From Lysobacterales bacterium (GTDB lineage: Bacteria > Pseudomonadota > Gammaproteobacteria > Xanthomonadales > BPKI01): 64,000 nt of DNA. Each line of letters begins with the position of its first letter. The first letter of the stretch is position 1. The position numbers and the translations under genes were made by a program. This document shows, in pieces, positions 27,379 through 38,794 of the stretch. The stretch covers positions 1,708,627 through 1,772,626 of the forward strand of contig JAVQZZ010000001.1 in assembly GCA_033582715.1 (NCBI GenBank), in the 5' to 3' direction. The notes beneath the pieces were generated by a model, which made no database searches, was not told where the DNA came from, and worked only from the letters and a program-made list of their open reading frames with translations.

Positions 27379-29944
27379 TCAGAGGGATCGGGCGATCTCC
27401 ACCCGCTCGTAGCACTCGATCTGGTCGCCGACGCGCACGTCGTTGTACTGCCTGACGCCGATCCCGCACTCGGTGCCCGCGCGGACCTCCTCGACGTTGT
27501 CCTTGAAGCGCCGCAGCGACTCGAGCTCGCCCTGGAAGATCACCACGTTGTCGCGCAGCACCCGGATCGGCTTGCCGCGGCGGATCACGCCGTCCACGAC
27601 CATGCAGCCCGCCACCGCCCCGAACTTGGAGGAGCGGAACACCTCGCGCACCTCGGCGACGCCGATGATCTGCTCGCGCACCTCCTTGCCGAGCAGGCCC
27701 GAGGCGACCTGCTTCACCTGGTCGATGACGTCGTAGATGATCGAGAAGTAGCGGACGTCGAGCTCCGCCTCCTGGATCACCTTGCGCGCCGCGGCGTCGG
27801 CGCGGACGTTGAAGCCGATGATGATCGCGCGCGAGGCGGCGGCGAGCTGGGCATCGGACTCGGTGATCCCGCCGACGCCGGAGGCGATCACGTTGATCCG
27901 GATGAGCTCGTTGCTGAGACCGGTCAGCGCGTCGCGCAGCGCCTCGACCGAGCCCTGGACGTCGGCCTTGACCACGATGTTGAGCGTCTGCTGCTCGCCG
28001 CTCTGCATCTGGGCCATGACGTCCTCCATGCGCATCCCCTGCTGCTTCACCAGCCGCGCCTCTCGGCGCCGCTGCTGACGCTTGTGGGCGACCTCGCGGG
28101 CGAGCTGCTCGTCGGCGACGACGATGAAGTCGTCGCCGGCCTCCGGGACCCCCGAAAGGCCGAGCACCACCACCGGGATCGAGGGGCCGGCCTCGCGGAC
28201 CGCGTTCTGCGCCTCGTCGAACATGGCGCGCACCCGCCCGTACTCGACCCCGCAGACCATGAAGTCGCCGCGACGGAGCGTGCCCTGCTGCACCAGCACG
28301 GTCGCCACTGGACCGCGCCCCTTGTCGAGCGCCGATTCGACGACCACGCCGCGCGCCGGGCCGTCGGCCGGGGCCTTGAGCTCCATCAGCTCCGCCTGGA
28401 CCAGGATCGCGTCCAGCAGGGCATCCACCCCCATCCCGGTCCGCGCCGAGACCGGCACGAACTGCGTGTCGCCGCCCCATTCCTCCGGGATCACGTCGTG
28501 CTTGGCCAGCCCCTGCTTCACCTGCTCCGGGTTGGCCTCGGGCTTGTCCATCTTGTTGATCGCCACCACCAGCGGCACCTTGGCCGCCCGCGCGTGCTGG
28601 ATCGCCTCGACGGTCTGCGGCATCACCCCGTCGTCGGCCGCGACCACCAGCACGACGATGTCGGTGAGCCGCGCGCCGCGCGCCCGCATCGCGGTGAAGG
28701 CGGCATGCCCCGGGGTGTCGAGGAAGGTGATCACGCCCTTCGGCGTGGAGACGTGGTAGGCACCGATGTGCTGGGTGATGCCCCCCGCCTCGCCGGCGGC
28801 GACGCGCGTGCGGCGGATGTAGTCGAGCAGCGAGGTCTTGCCGTGGTCGACGTGGCCCATGATCGTGACCACCGGCGGCCGCGGCCGGGCCTCCCCAGTG
28901 CCCGCGGCCTGGGCCAGGAGCTCCTCCTCGACGTCGCGCTCGCTCGCCGGCTTCGGGATGTGGCCGAGCTCCTCCACCACCAGCGCGGCCGTGGTGTAGT
29001 CGAGCGGCTGGTTGATGGTCGCCATCACGCCGAGCTTCATCAGCGCCTTGATGACCTCGCCGGCCTTGACCGCCATCTTCTGCGCCAGCTCCCCGGCCTG
29101 GATGGTCTCGCCGATCTCGATCTCGCGCACCATCGGCGCCGTGGGGCGCGAGAAACCGTGCTGCGCCGGCGAGGGGGCGGCCTCCGCGCGCTGCTTCTGC
29201 GCCTTGCGCTTGCTGCGGCGCGCGCTCGCCTCCTTCGAGAGATGGAGCTCGCCGCGCAGGAAACGGCCGCCCGGCTCCTCCTCGACCTCCGCCGCCGTCT
29301 CCTCCTCCTCGAGTCACCCGCGCCGGGGACGCGCGCCTGCCCTCCTCGCGGCGCCGCTGCTCGTGCCTCGCCCGCGCCTCCTCGGCCGCCTGGCGCTCGG
29401 CCTCGCGCGCCGCCTCCTGCCGCAGGCGCTCCTCCTCGCGCCGCCTCCGCTCCTCCTCCTGCCGCTGGCGCTCGGCCTCCTCGAGCAGGCGGCGCTGCTC
29501 CTCCTCCATCCTGCGCCGCTCCTCGGCCTCGCGGCGCGCCTGCTCCTCGGCCTCCTGCCGGCGACGCGATTCATCGAGCAGGCGCAGCGCCTCCTCGCGC
29601 TGGGCGTCCTGCGCCGCCTGCTCGGCCACCATGCTGCGCTTCACGTAGGTGCGCTTGGCCCGGACCTCGACGTTCACCGTCTTGGTGGGGCCGCGGCCCT
29701 GGGCGACCGTGACCTCCTGGATCACCCGCCGCCGGAGCGTGATCTTCTGCGGCCCCTCGCCGAGCGCGGGGGCGCCCTTGCCGTGGCTCTCGCGGAGGTG
29801 CTTGAGCAGCCGCACCTTGTCGGCCGCGGTCAGCACCTGCTCGGGATCGGAGAAGGACATGCCGGCCTCCGAGAGCTGCTCGAGCAGCTTCTCGGGCGAC
29901 ATTTTCAGCACGCTGGCGAACTGCCTGACCGTGACTTCCGACAT
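27379..29944 (-). CDS. infB: translation initiation factor IF-2, one apparent frameshift near 29325
   Basis: C-terminal 584 aa are intact ([21 protein letters not shown]). The N-terminus [29 protein letters not shown] plus an E/R-rich linker is in another frame (ORF 26975..29944). Confidence 0.95.
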
Positions 29945-29986
29945 CGGTGCCTCGACTCCGCGGTGGGCGGCTGGACTGCGGAACCC

Positions 29987-31521
29987 TCAGTGCCGGTCGG
30001 CGACCGGCGCCGCGAACTGCTCGAGGAGCGGCCGGCGCGCGGCGAGGATCAGCTCCGCCGCGCGCTCGGGCATCGAGACCCTCGATCGCAGGCAGCTCGT
30101 CGACCGCGAGCTCGGCGAGCTCGGCCGCCGTGCGGATGCCGTGCGCGGCGAGCGCGTAGGCCGTCTTCTCGTCCATGCCCGGGAAGCTCCAGGAGGTCGC
30201 TGGCCGGGCCCTGGTCCTCGACCTGCTCCTCCTCGGCGATCATCTGGGTGAGCAGCGCGTCGCGCGCGCGCGCCCGCAGCTCCTCGACGATCTCCTCGTC
30301 GAAGCCCTCGATCGCGAGCAGCTCGGAGACCGGGACGTAGGCGATCTCCTCGATGGTGGAGAAGCCCTCCTGGACCAGGATGGTGGCGATCTCCTCGTCC
30401 ACCTCGAGCCGCTCCATGAACAGGCGCTTGGCCTCCTCCTGCTCGGCCTCGGTCTTCTTGCGGACCTGCTCCACGGTCATCACGTTGAGCTGCCAGCCCG
30501 TGAGCCGGCTCGCCGAGACGCACGTTCTGGCCGCCGCGGCCGATGGCGAGCGAGAGCTGGTTCTCGGGAACCGCGACGTCCATCGAGTGGCGCTCCTCGT
30601 CGACGATGATCGAGGAGACCTCCGCCGGCGCCATGGCGTTGATCACGAACTGGGCGGGGTTGTCGCTCCAGGGGATGATGTCGATGCGCTCGCCGTTGAT
30701 CTCCCCGGAGACCGCGTGGACGCGGGAGCCGCGCATGCCGACGCAGGCCCCGATCGGGTCGGTCCTGGCGTCGTGGCTGCGCACCGCGATCTTGGCGCGA
30801 TCCCCGGGATCGCGCGCCACGGCGACGATCTCGACCAGGCCCTGCGCCACCTCCGGGCACCTCGATCCGGAACAGCTCCTTGACCAGCTCCGGCGCGGTG
30901 CGCGAGACGAAGAGCTGCGGGCCCCGCGCCTCGGGACGGGCGTCGTAGAGGTAGCCGCGCAGGCGATCTCCCAACCCGCACGACCTCCCGCGGGATCGCC
31001 TTGTCGCGCGGGATGATCGCCTCGGCGTTGCCGCCGAGGTCGAGATAGATGTTGCCGCGCTCGACCCGCTTCACGGTTCCGGTGACCAGGGTGCCGACGC
31101 GATCCTTGAAGGCGTCGAACACCTGCCGGCGTTCGGCCTCCCGCACGCGCTGCACGATCACCTGCTTCGCGGTCTGGGCAGAGATCCTTCCCAACCGGAT
31201 GTTCTCGATCTCCTCCTCGACGAACTCGCCGACCTTCGCCTCCGGTCTGAGCTCGACCGCGTCCATGAGCCGGATCTGGCGGTGGGGCGACTCCATCGGG
31301 GCGTCGTCGGCGATCACCTCCCAGCGGCGGAAGGTGCGGTAGTTGCCGGTCTTGCGGTCGATGCTCACCCTGAGCGAAATCTCCGGCGCGACCTCGGGGT
31401 CGGGGAAGTTCTTCTTCGCCGCCGAGGCGAGCGCGGCCTCGAGCGCCTCGAAGATCACGTCCTGGGGCACGCCCTTCTCGTTGGCGACCGCCTCCGCGAC
31501 CAGAACCAAGTCTTTGCTCAT
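29987..31521 (-). CDS. nusA: transcription termination/antitermination factor NusA, about five apparent frameshifts (near 30968, 30862, 30515, 30180, 30078)
   Basis: [124 protein letters not shown]...[21 protein letters not shown]..., [23 protein letters not shown] and [13 protein letters not shown], spread over all three frames. Confidence 0.93.
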
Positions 31522-32046
31522 TTCTCGACTCTCCTGCGAGCGGCCCCGGCCCGGCTCGCGACCCGGCCGCGCCACCGCCCGTTCGGACATGATTTTCTCC
31601 CAATCGGGCACCAGCCGCGCCCGCGCGATCCGGCGGTGTTCGAGCTCGATCCGCTCGCCGCCGCAGTCGAGGGCGATCCGATCCCCCGCCACCGCCGCGA
31701 TCGAGCCCTGCAGCCGCCGCCGTCCCCCGAGCGGCTCCTCGAGCGTCACCGCCACCACCGCGCCGAGATGGCGCGCGAAGTGCTCGGGACTGAACAGCGG
31801 GCGATCAATGCCGGGCGAGGAGACCTCGAGGACGTAGGGGCCGCCGACGGGATCGTGCAGATCGAGCAGCGACTCGATCTCGTGGCTCACCCGCTCGCAG
31901 TCCTCGATCCGGACGCCCTCGGGAGCGTCGATGAAGACCCGCAGCCGCCCGCCGCGGCGGCCGGCCGACCATTCCACGCCGAGGCACTCGAAGCCGAGCG
32001 CCCCGATCGCGGGAGCCAGGATCTGCTCGATCTGCCGCCGACTCAC
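31522..32046 (-). CDS. rimP: ribosome maturation factor RimP (no in-frame stop before the nusA ATG as sequenced)
   Basis: [62 protein letters not shown]...[12 protein letters not shown]. The listed ORF 30643..32046 reads straight through into nusA. The +1 frame would end AAATGA, overlapping the nusA ATG. Confidence 0.85.
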
Positions 32047-32109
32047 CTCTGATCACCCTTCCGCCGCGCCGGGCGGGACACTGTTCCGGCCCGGATCCTG
32101 CCGGACAAC

Positions 32110-32136
32110 AAAAAAGCCTCGGAGCCGAGGCTTTTT
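32110..32136 (-). terminator. rho-independent (bidirectional) terminator/attenuator between tRNA-fMet and rimP
   Basis: GCCTCG-gagc-CGAGGC hairpin (32116..32131), flanked by A6 on one side and T5 on the other. On the minus strand it is followed by UUUUUU, 12 nt after the tRNA 3' end. Confidence 0.7.
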
Positions 32137-32148
32137 CGTCGCCTGACC

Positions 32149-32225
32149 TGGTAGCGGGGGCAGGATTTGAACCTGCGACCTTCGGGTTATGAGCCCGACG
32201 AGCTGCCAGACTGCTCCACCCCGCA
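32149..32225 (-). tRNA. metY: initiator tRNA-fMet (anticodon CAT)
   Basis: Sense: tgcggggtggagcagtctggcagctcgtcgggCTCATAAcccgaaggtcgcaggttcaaatcctgcccccgctacca. Three G:C pairs close the anticodon stem (GGG/CCC) and positions 1:72 are unpaired. Position upstream of rimP-nusA-infB is as in E. coli and Pseudomonas. Confidence 0.93.
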
Positions 32226-32284
32226 TCCGCGAGCGAGAAATGCTAGCGCGCGCGACGATGGCGCGCAAGGGGAGGAGCGAGGCC

Positions 32285-33750
32285 TCAGGGTCGCGCGAAG
32301 CTCGCCAGGCACCAGCTCAGCAGGGGCCCCCAGCCGAGCAGGGCGAGGAGCTGGAGCAGCGCGTTGGCCGACAGGACCAGCCGCACCGCCGGATCCGCGG
32401 GCGGCGTCGGGCCGGGGCCCTCGGCCGGCTCGTCGAAGAACATCAGCTTGACGATCCGGAGGTAGTAGAACGCCCCGACCACGGCGAAGAGCAGCGCGAA
32501 CACCGCCACGTGGATCATGCCGGCGCCCACCACCGCCTTGAGGATCAGGATCTTGGCGAAGAAGCCGAAGAGCGGGGGGAAGCCGGCGAGCGAGGCCATC
32601 AGCAGCATCATCAGGAACGCGTACCACGGCGAGCGCCGCGCCAGGCCGCGGTAGTCCTCGAGCCGCTCCGCCTCGAAGCCCCGGCCCGAGAGCACGACGA
32701 TGCTGCCGAAGGCGCCGGCGGCGGTCAGCGCGTAGAACAGGGTGTACAGCATCGCCGAGGCATAGCCGTAGCTCGTGCCGCTCGCGAGCCCGATCAGGAT
32801 GAAGCCCACGTGCAGCATGTTCGAGTAGGCGAGCATGCGTTTGAGGTTGGCCTGGGCGAGGGCCACCACGTTGCCGATCGAGAGCGAGAGCATCGCGATC
32901 AGCACCAGGAGGGGCTGCCAGAGGTCGTTGAGCGGAGACGAGCCCTCCCGGCCAGCACCCGGTAGGCCATGCCGAAGGCCGCGACCTTGGGGAGCGAGCC
33001 CACGAACAGGGTGATGGCACTCGGGCGAGCCCTGGTAGACGTCGGGCAGCCAGGTGTGGAAAGGGGCGGCACCGAACTTGAAGGCGATGCCGGCGATCAG
33101 GAACACGGTCCCGAAGCGCAGCAGTTCGCCGGAGGCTTCGCCACCCGCGGCGAGCTCGCGGATCTCGCCGAGATTGAGGCTCCCGGTCGCGCCGTAGAGC
33201 ATCGACATGCCGTAGAGGGTGAGCCCCGAGGCCAGTGCCGCCGAGCACGAAGTACTTGATCGCCGCCTCCGAGCTCACCCGCGAGTCGCGGTCGAGGGCC
33301 ACCAGAGCGTAGGAAGAGAGCGCCATCAGCTCGAGCCCGAGATAGACCGCGAGCAGATCCCCGGCCGAGATCAGGCACATCATTCCCAGCAGGGCAGCGA
33401 GCACCAGGACGTAGAACTCGCCCTTCCACAGCCCCCGCTCGGCCAAGTACGCGCGGGCGTACAGGAACACCGCCGCGGCGAGGGCGTACAGCGCCAGCTT
33501 GAGCCCGTCGGCGGCCGCGTCCCTGAGGAACATCCCGCCGAAGGCCGCCGACTGCGCGCCCGGCGCGTGGAAGTCCCGCAGGGTGAGCAGCGCCGCGAAG
33601 CCGAGCACCATCAGGGCGAGGAAGTGGACGATGCCGCGCCGCGCCGGCGTCGACCCACAGTTCGACGAGCAGCACCACGCACAGCCCCCCGAGCACCGCC
33701 AGCTCGGGCAGCACCAGAAGCAGGTCGCGGCCGTAGTCGATCATCGGCAT
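32285..33750 (-). CDS. nuoN: NADH-quinone oxidoreductase subunit N, about four apparent frameshifts (near 33630, 33235, 33025, 32945)
   Basis: Pieces from ORFs 33097..33750, 32187..33611 and 32285..33208: MPMIDYGRDLLLVLPEL..., ...LGLELMALSSYALVALDRDS...AAIKYFVLG, MSMLYGATGSLN...FKFGAAPFHTWLPDVYQGSP, ...LAYSNMLHVGFIL... Confidence 0.9.
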
Positions 33751-33757
33751 GCGCTCC

Positions 33758-35267
33758 TCACGGACCCCGTTCGCCGATCCGCGCGATCAGCTCGGCGACC
33801 GCGGCGTCCATCAGCTCCACCACCGGCGCCGGCCACACCCCGATCAGCAGCACGAAGGCGGCGAAGCCGAGGAGCGTGAGCGCCTCGTGGGGGCGGAGAT
33901 CGGCGAGCGCCTTCACCTCCGGCGCTGGCCTCGGCGCCGAAGATCACGCGCTTGACCAGCCACAGCGTGTAGGCCGCGCCGAGGATCAGGGTGAGAGCGG
34001 CCGCGGCCGCCACCCAGGGCGAAGCCTGAAAGGCGGCGACCGCCACCATGAACTCGCCCACGAAGCCCGAGGTCCCGGGGAGGCCGGCGTTCGCCATGGC
34101 GAACAGCACGAACAGGGTGGCGAACCACGGCATCGGATTCACCACCCCTCCGTAGTCGCCGATCATCCGGCTGTGCATGCGGTCGTAGAGCACGCCGACG
34201 CAGGAGAACAGCGCGCCCGAAACGAAGCCATGGGACAGCATCTGCAGCATCGCCCCGTGCAGGGCGAGCCGCGCCGCGTCGCCGGCGCCCGCCTCCAGCA
34301 GCGCGAAGGGGAGGAAGATGCCGAGGGTGACGAAGCCCATGTGGCTGACCGAGGAGTAAGCGATCAGCTTCTTCATGTCCTGCTGGGCGAGCGCCACGAA
34401 GCCAATGTAGACCACCGCCACCAGGCTCAGGGCCACCACCAGCCAGGCCCATTCCGCCGAGGCCTGCGGGGTGATCGGAAGCGGGAAGCGGAGGAACCCG
34501 TAGCCGCCGATCTTGAGCAGGATCGCGGCCAGGACCACCGAGCCGGCGGTCGGCGCCTCGACGTGGGCGTCGGGCAGCCAGGTGTGCACCGGCCACATCG
34601 GCACCTTGATCGCGAAGGCGATCAGGAAGGAGAAGAACAGCAGGCTCTGCTCAAGGCTCGAGAGCGGCAGCGCCGCGAAGGCGGCGATCTCGAAGCTGCC
34701 GGCGCGGGTGTAGAGGTAGATCAGCCCGACCAGCATGAACACCGAGCCGAGGAAGGTGTAGAGGAAGAACTTCAGGCTCGCGTAGACGCGCCGCGGGCCG
34801 CCCCACATGCCGATGATCAGGAACATCGGCAGCAGCATGCCCTCGAAGAACACGTAGAACAGCGCCGCGTCGAGGGCGGCGAAGACGCCGATCATCATTC
34901 CCTCGAGCAGCAGGAAGGCGGCGTAGTAGACGTGCACCCGGTCCTCGACGCTGGTCCAGGCGCCGATCAGCGCGAGCACGGTGGTGATCGCGGTGAGCAG
35001 GATGAGGACCAGCGAGATCCCGTCCACCCCGAGGTGGTAGTCGATGCCGAACGCCGGCACCCAGGGCACCCGCTCCACGAGCTGCATCGCCCCCGAGCCG
35101 GGGTCGAACTCGCGATAGACGACGATCGTGAGCGCCAGCGTCGCCAGCGCCACCGCGAGGCCGAGCGCGCGCGCCGTGCCAGGCCGCGAGGGGCCGAGCG
35201 GCAGCAGCGCGAAGCCGCCGAGGATCGGCAGCCAGATCAGGAGGCTGAGCAACGGCCAGTCGGACAT
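33758..35267 (-). CDS. nuoM: NADH-quinone oxidoreductase subunit M, one apparent frameshift near 33935
   Basis: ORF 33741..35267 is good to ...LWLVKRVIFG. The tail APEVKALADLRPHEALTLLGFAAFVLLIGVWPAPVVELMDAAVAELIARIGERGP, ending at TGA 33758..33760, is in the next frame. Confidence 0.92.
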
Positions 35268-35297
35268 CGGCTCACATCTCGGGGCATCCGGCCTGCT

Positions 35298-37340
35298 TCA
35301 CTGCCGCAGCGCGAGGGCGAGCAGTGCGATCAGGCCGAGGATCATCACGAAGGCGTAGTGGTAGAGGTAGCCGGACTGCAGCCAGCGCAGCACCGACGCG
35401 ATCCGATCGACCAGGCTCGCGGTGCCGTCGATCATCACCCCGTCGATCAGGGCGCGATCGCCCCCGCGCCACAGCCCCTCGCCGAGCCGCACGCTGCCGC
35501 GCGCGAACAGCGCCTGGTAGAGCTCGTCGAAGCCGTACTTGCGCTCGAGGACGCGGTGGAGCGGGCGCAGCCGCTCGGCGAGGCGGGCGGGCAGCTCCGG
35601 CCGGAACAGATAGATCCAGGTCGCGGTCGCGAAGCCGGCGAACGCGAGCCAGAAGGCGGGCGCGGTCACGAAGTGCAGCCCGAAGGAAACCGCCGCGCCG
35701 ACCCAGCCGTGCTCGTCGTGCCAGAGCTTCGCGCCCACCTCGCGCAGGACGTCGTGCGCCGGGGCGACCTTGAGCGCCTCCCCGAACCAGCCGCCGAAGA
35801 GCAGCGGGCCCGCGGTCAGGAAGCCGATCGCGATCGAGGGAATGGCGAGCAGCACCAGCGGCACCGTCACCACCCACGGGCTCTCGTGGGGCTCGTGCCC
35901 GCCATGCGCGCCGTGTCCCTCCCCGTGGTCGTGGTGCCGGTCATCGCCCGGTGCCGCGCGGAATCGTTCCTCTCCGTGGAACGTGAGGTAGAGCAGCCGG
36001 AAGCTGTAGAGGGCGGTGACGAAGGCGCCGAGCAGCACCGCGAGGTAAGCGTAGCCGTGAACCCAGGAACCTTCGGCCGCGGCCGCATGCGCGGCCTCGA
36101 TGATCGCCTCCTTCGAGTAGTAGCCCGCGAGGAACGGGAGTGCCGACCAGCGCCAGCGAACCGACCCAGGCGCAGATCCAGGTCACCGGCATGTGCCGCC
36201 AGAGCCCGCCCATGCGCCGCATGTCCTGCTCGTGGTGCATGCCGATGATCACGCTGCCGGCGGCGAGGAACAGCAGCGCCTTGAAGAAGGCGTGGGTCAT
36301 GAGGTGGAAGATCGCGGCCGAGTAGGCTGAGACGCCGAGCGCCACCGTCATGTAGCCGAGCTGCGACAGCGTCGAGTACGCCACCACCCGCTTGATGTCG
36401 TGCTGGACGATGCCGATCGAGACCGGTGAGCAGGGCGGTGGTCGCGCCGACGAAGAGCACGAGCTCGAGCGCCCCAGGCGCGGCCTCGAAGATCGGGCTC
36501 ATGCGGGCCACCATGAAGATGCCCGCCGTGACCATGGTCGCCGCGTGGATCAGCGCCGAGATCGGCGTGGGGCCTTCCATCGAGTCCGGCAGCCAGACAT
36601 GCAGCGGCATCTGCGCCGACTTGCCCATGGCGCCGACGAAGAGCGCCACGGCGATGAAGGTGGGCACGTGCCAGCTCGCCCCGGGCCACGGCTCGAAGCG
36701 GAGCTCGGCGATTTCCGGCACGCGCGCGAAGGCGGTGGCGTAGTCGAGGGTCCCGAGCCAATGAAGCACTCCGGCGATGCCGAGCAGGAAGCCGAAGTCG
36801 CCCACCCGGTTGACGATGAAGGCCTTGAGGTTGGCGAAGATCGCGCTCGGCCGTCGGTACCAGAAGCCGATCAGCAGGTACGACACCAGACCAACCGCCT
36901 CCCAGCCGAAGAACAGCTGGAGGAAGTTGTTGCTCATGACCAGCATGAGCATGGCGAAGGTGAAGAGGTTGATGTAGGCGAAGAAGCGGCTGTAGCCGGG
37001 ATCGCCCGCCATGTAGCCCACGGTGTAGACGTGGACCAGCAGCGAGACCACGGTGACCACCGCCATCATCAGCGCCGTGAGGCGGTCGACCAGGAAGCCG
37101 ACGTGCGCCGAGACCCCGCCGAGCTCGAAGAAGGTGTAGAGGTTCTCGTTGACGGTGGGGTGGCCCTCGAAGGCGAAGAGCTGCAGCACGTGCAGGCTCA
37201 GCGCCGCCGAGACCGCCACCGCGAGGATCGCGACCCAGTGCGAGAAGCCGCGGCCGAGGCGATCGACCGAGCAGGCCGACCAGCAGCGCCCCGGCGAGCG
37301 GGGCGAAGGCGATCGTCGCGAGCAGCGTCATCAGCGTCAT
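35298..37340 (-). CDS. nuoL: NADH-quinone oxidoreductase subunit L, three apparent frameshifts (near 37255, 36418, 36140)
   Basis: Fragments 36348..37340, 35867..37219, 35941..36387 and 35298..36038 join into a typical NuoL ([69 protein letters not shown]). Confidence 0.92.
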
Positions 37341-37344
37341 TGCC

Positions 37345-37651
37345 TCAGCCCCTCAGCGAGCCGATCTCGTCGACGTCGATGGTGGCGCGATTCCGGAACA
37401 GCACGACCAGGATCGCCAGCCCGATCGCCGCCTCCGCCGCCGCCACGGTGAGGATGAAGAACACGAAGACCTGGCCGGCGGGGTCGCCGAGGAAGCGCGA
37501 GAAGGCGACGAAGTTGATGTTCACCGCGAGCAGCAGGAGCTCGAGCGCCATCAGCAGCACGATGACGTTGCGCCGGTTGAGGAAGATCCCGGCCACCGCG
37601 ACGCAGAACAGGGCCGCGCCGAGGGCGAGGTAGTGGCCCGAGCGTGATCAT
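37345..37651 (-). CDS. nuoK: NADH-quinone oxidoreductase subunit K, one apparent frameshift near 37635
   Basis: ORF 37345..37596 ([28 protein letters not shown]...). The true N-terminus [19 protein letters not shown] starts at ATG 37651 if one base of GGGCCAC is ignored. The ATG overlaps the nuoJ stop. Confidence 0.9.
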
Positions 37652-38266
37652 CCCCGCTCCTCCCGCACCGGCTCCGCCGGCATTCTCAGCAGCCGCACCC
37701 GGTCGGCGCGCCGCACCAGGACCTGGCGGCCCGGGTCCTGCTTCTTCACCCCCTCGCGCCGCCTCAGGGTCAGGACGATGGCGGCGACGATCGCCACGGT
37801 GAGGATCACCCCCGCGAGCTCGAAGGGGTAGAGATACTCCGTGAACAGCGCCCTGCCCACCCACTCGGTATTGCTCAGGCCGGCCGCGGCCGCCGGATCC
37901 GCGCCCGCCGCGCGCTCGCCCACGCCCGCGCAGGGAGAGCACCGCGATCATCTCCACCGCCATCAGGCCGGCCACGAACAGGCCGAGGGGCAGGTAGCGC
38001 ATGAAGCCGGCGCGCAGCGGCTCGACGCGGACGTCAAGCATCATCACCACGAACAGGAACAGCACCATCACCGCCCCGACGTAGACCAGGACCAGGGCGA
38101 CGGCGAGGAACTCCGCGCCCGCGAGCAGCCACAGGCAGGCGGCGGTGAAGAAGGTGAGCACCAGCAGCAGCACCGCGTGCACCGGATTGCGCACGGTGAT
38201 CACGCCCACCGCCGAGGCCAGCATCAGCCCGCCGAAGGCGTAGAACAGGATCGCTTCGTAGCTCAT
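37648..38266 (-). CDS. nuoJ: NADH-quinone oxidoreductase subunit J, one apparent frameshift near 37925
   Basis: MSYEAILFYAFGGLMLASAVGVITVRNPVHAVLLLVLTFF... (ORF 37337..38266) joins ...NTEWVGRALFTEYLYPFELAGVILTVAIVAAIVL (ORF 37648..37923). Confidence 0.9.
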
Positions 38267-38305
38267 GGAAGCTTCGTTCCCCGGGGAGTGGCGACGCTTC
38301 CGGCC

Positions 38306-38794
38306 TCAGCGGTAGGCCGCGTCCTGCGCGCGGCGCAGCGCGATCTCCCGCTCGAAGCGGTCCCCGATCGCGAGGAGCTGAGGCTTGGTCACGACGTTCT
38401 CGCCGCGCCGCTCGAAGTGGTACTCGTAGACGTGGGTCTCGACGATCGAATCCACGGGGCAGGACTCCTCGCAGAAGCCGCAGTAGATGCACTTGAAGAG
38501 GTCGATGTCGTAGCGTGTCGTGCGCCGGGTGCCGTCGGCCCGCGGCTCGGACTCGATGGTGATCGCGAGCGCCGGGCAGACCGCCTCGCACAGCTTGCAG
38601 GCGATGCAGCGCTCCTCGCCGTTCGGGTAGCGCCGCAGCGCGTGCAGCCCGCGGAAGCGCGGCGACTGCGGGATCTTCTCGTAGGGGTAGATCAGGGTGT
38701 ACTTGGGGCGGAAGAAGTAGCGCAGGGTCAGCGCGAGGCCCTTCAGCAGCTCGAGCAGCAGCAGGCTGCGGAAATAGTGCACCACCCGCCTCAT
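38306..38794 (-). CDS. nuoI: NADH-quinone oxidoreductase subunit I (2x[4Fe-4S] ferredoxin)
   Basis: 162 aa from ATG 38794 inside ORF 38306..38983. [12 protein letters not shown] and [12 protein letters not shown]. The ATG overlaps the nuoH stop (ATGA). Confidence 0.95.
   Translation of the reverse strand: MRRVVHYFRSLLLLELLKGLALTLRYFFRPKYTLIYPYEKIPQSPRFRGLHALRRYPNGEERCIACKLCEAVCPALAITIESEPRADGTRRTTRYDIDLFKCIYCGFCEESCPVDSIVETHVYEYHFERRGENVVTKPQLLAIGDRFEREIALRRAQDAAYR

Noticed and set aside
29330-29600. Repetitive GC-rich tract (gcgccgcctcc..., ctcctcctc...) that looks like a tandem DNA repeat
   Set aside because: It encodes the E/R/A-rich linker of IF-2 ([39 protein letters not shown]). This is a normal low-complexity feature of infB, not a separate repeat element.
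33219-36248. 1009-aa plus-strand ORF, and similar giants: 22188..25031 +, 53846..55939 +, 49640..51718 +, 58369..60096 +, 12569..14104 -, 7124..9682 -
   Set aside because: All lie antisense to, or out of frame with, strongly conserved genes (nuoL/M, pnp/phaE, ftsH/folP, the propeller gene, pcm/yqaA, the FimX-like gene, ubiG/gph). Their translations are low-complexity R/A/G/P/E strings. Long stop-free frames are expected at ~72% GC.
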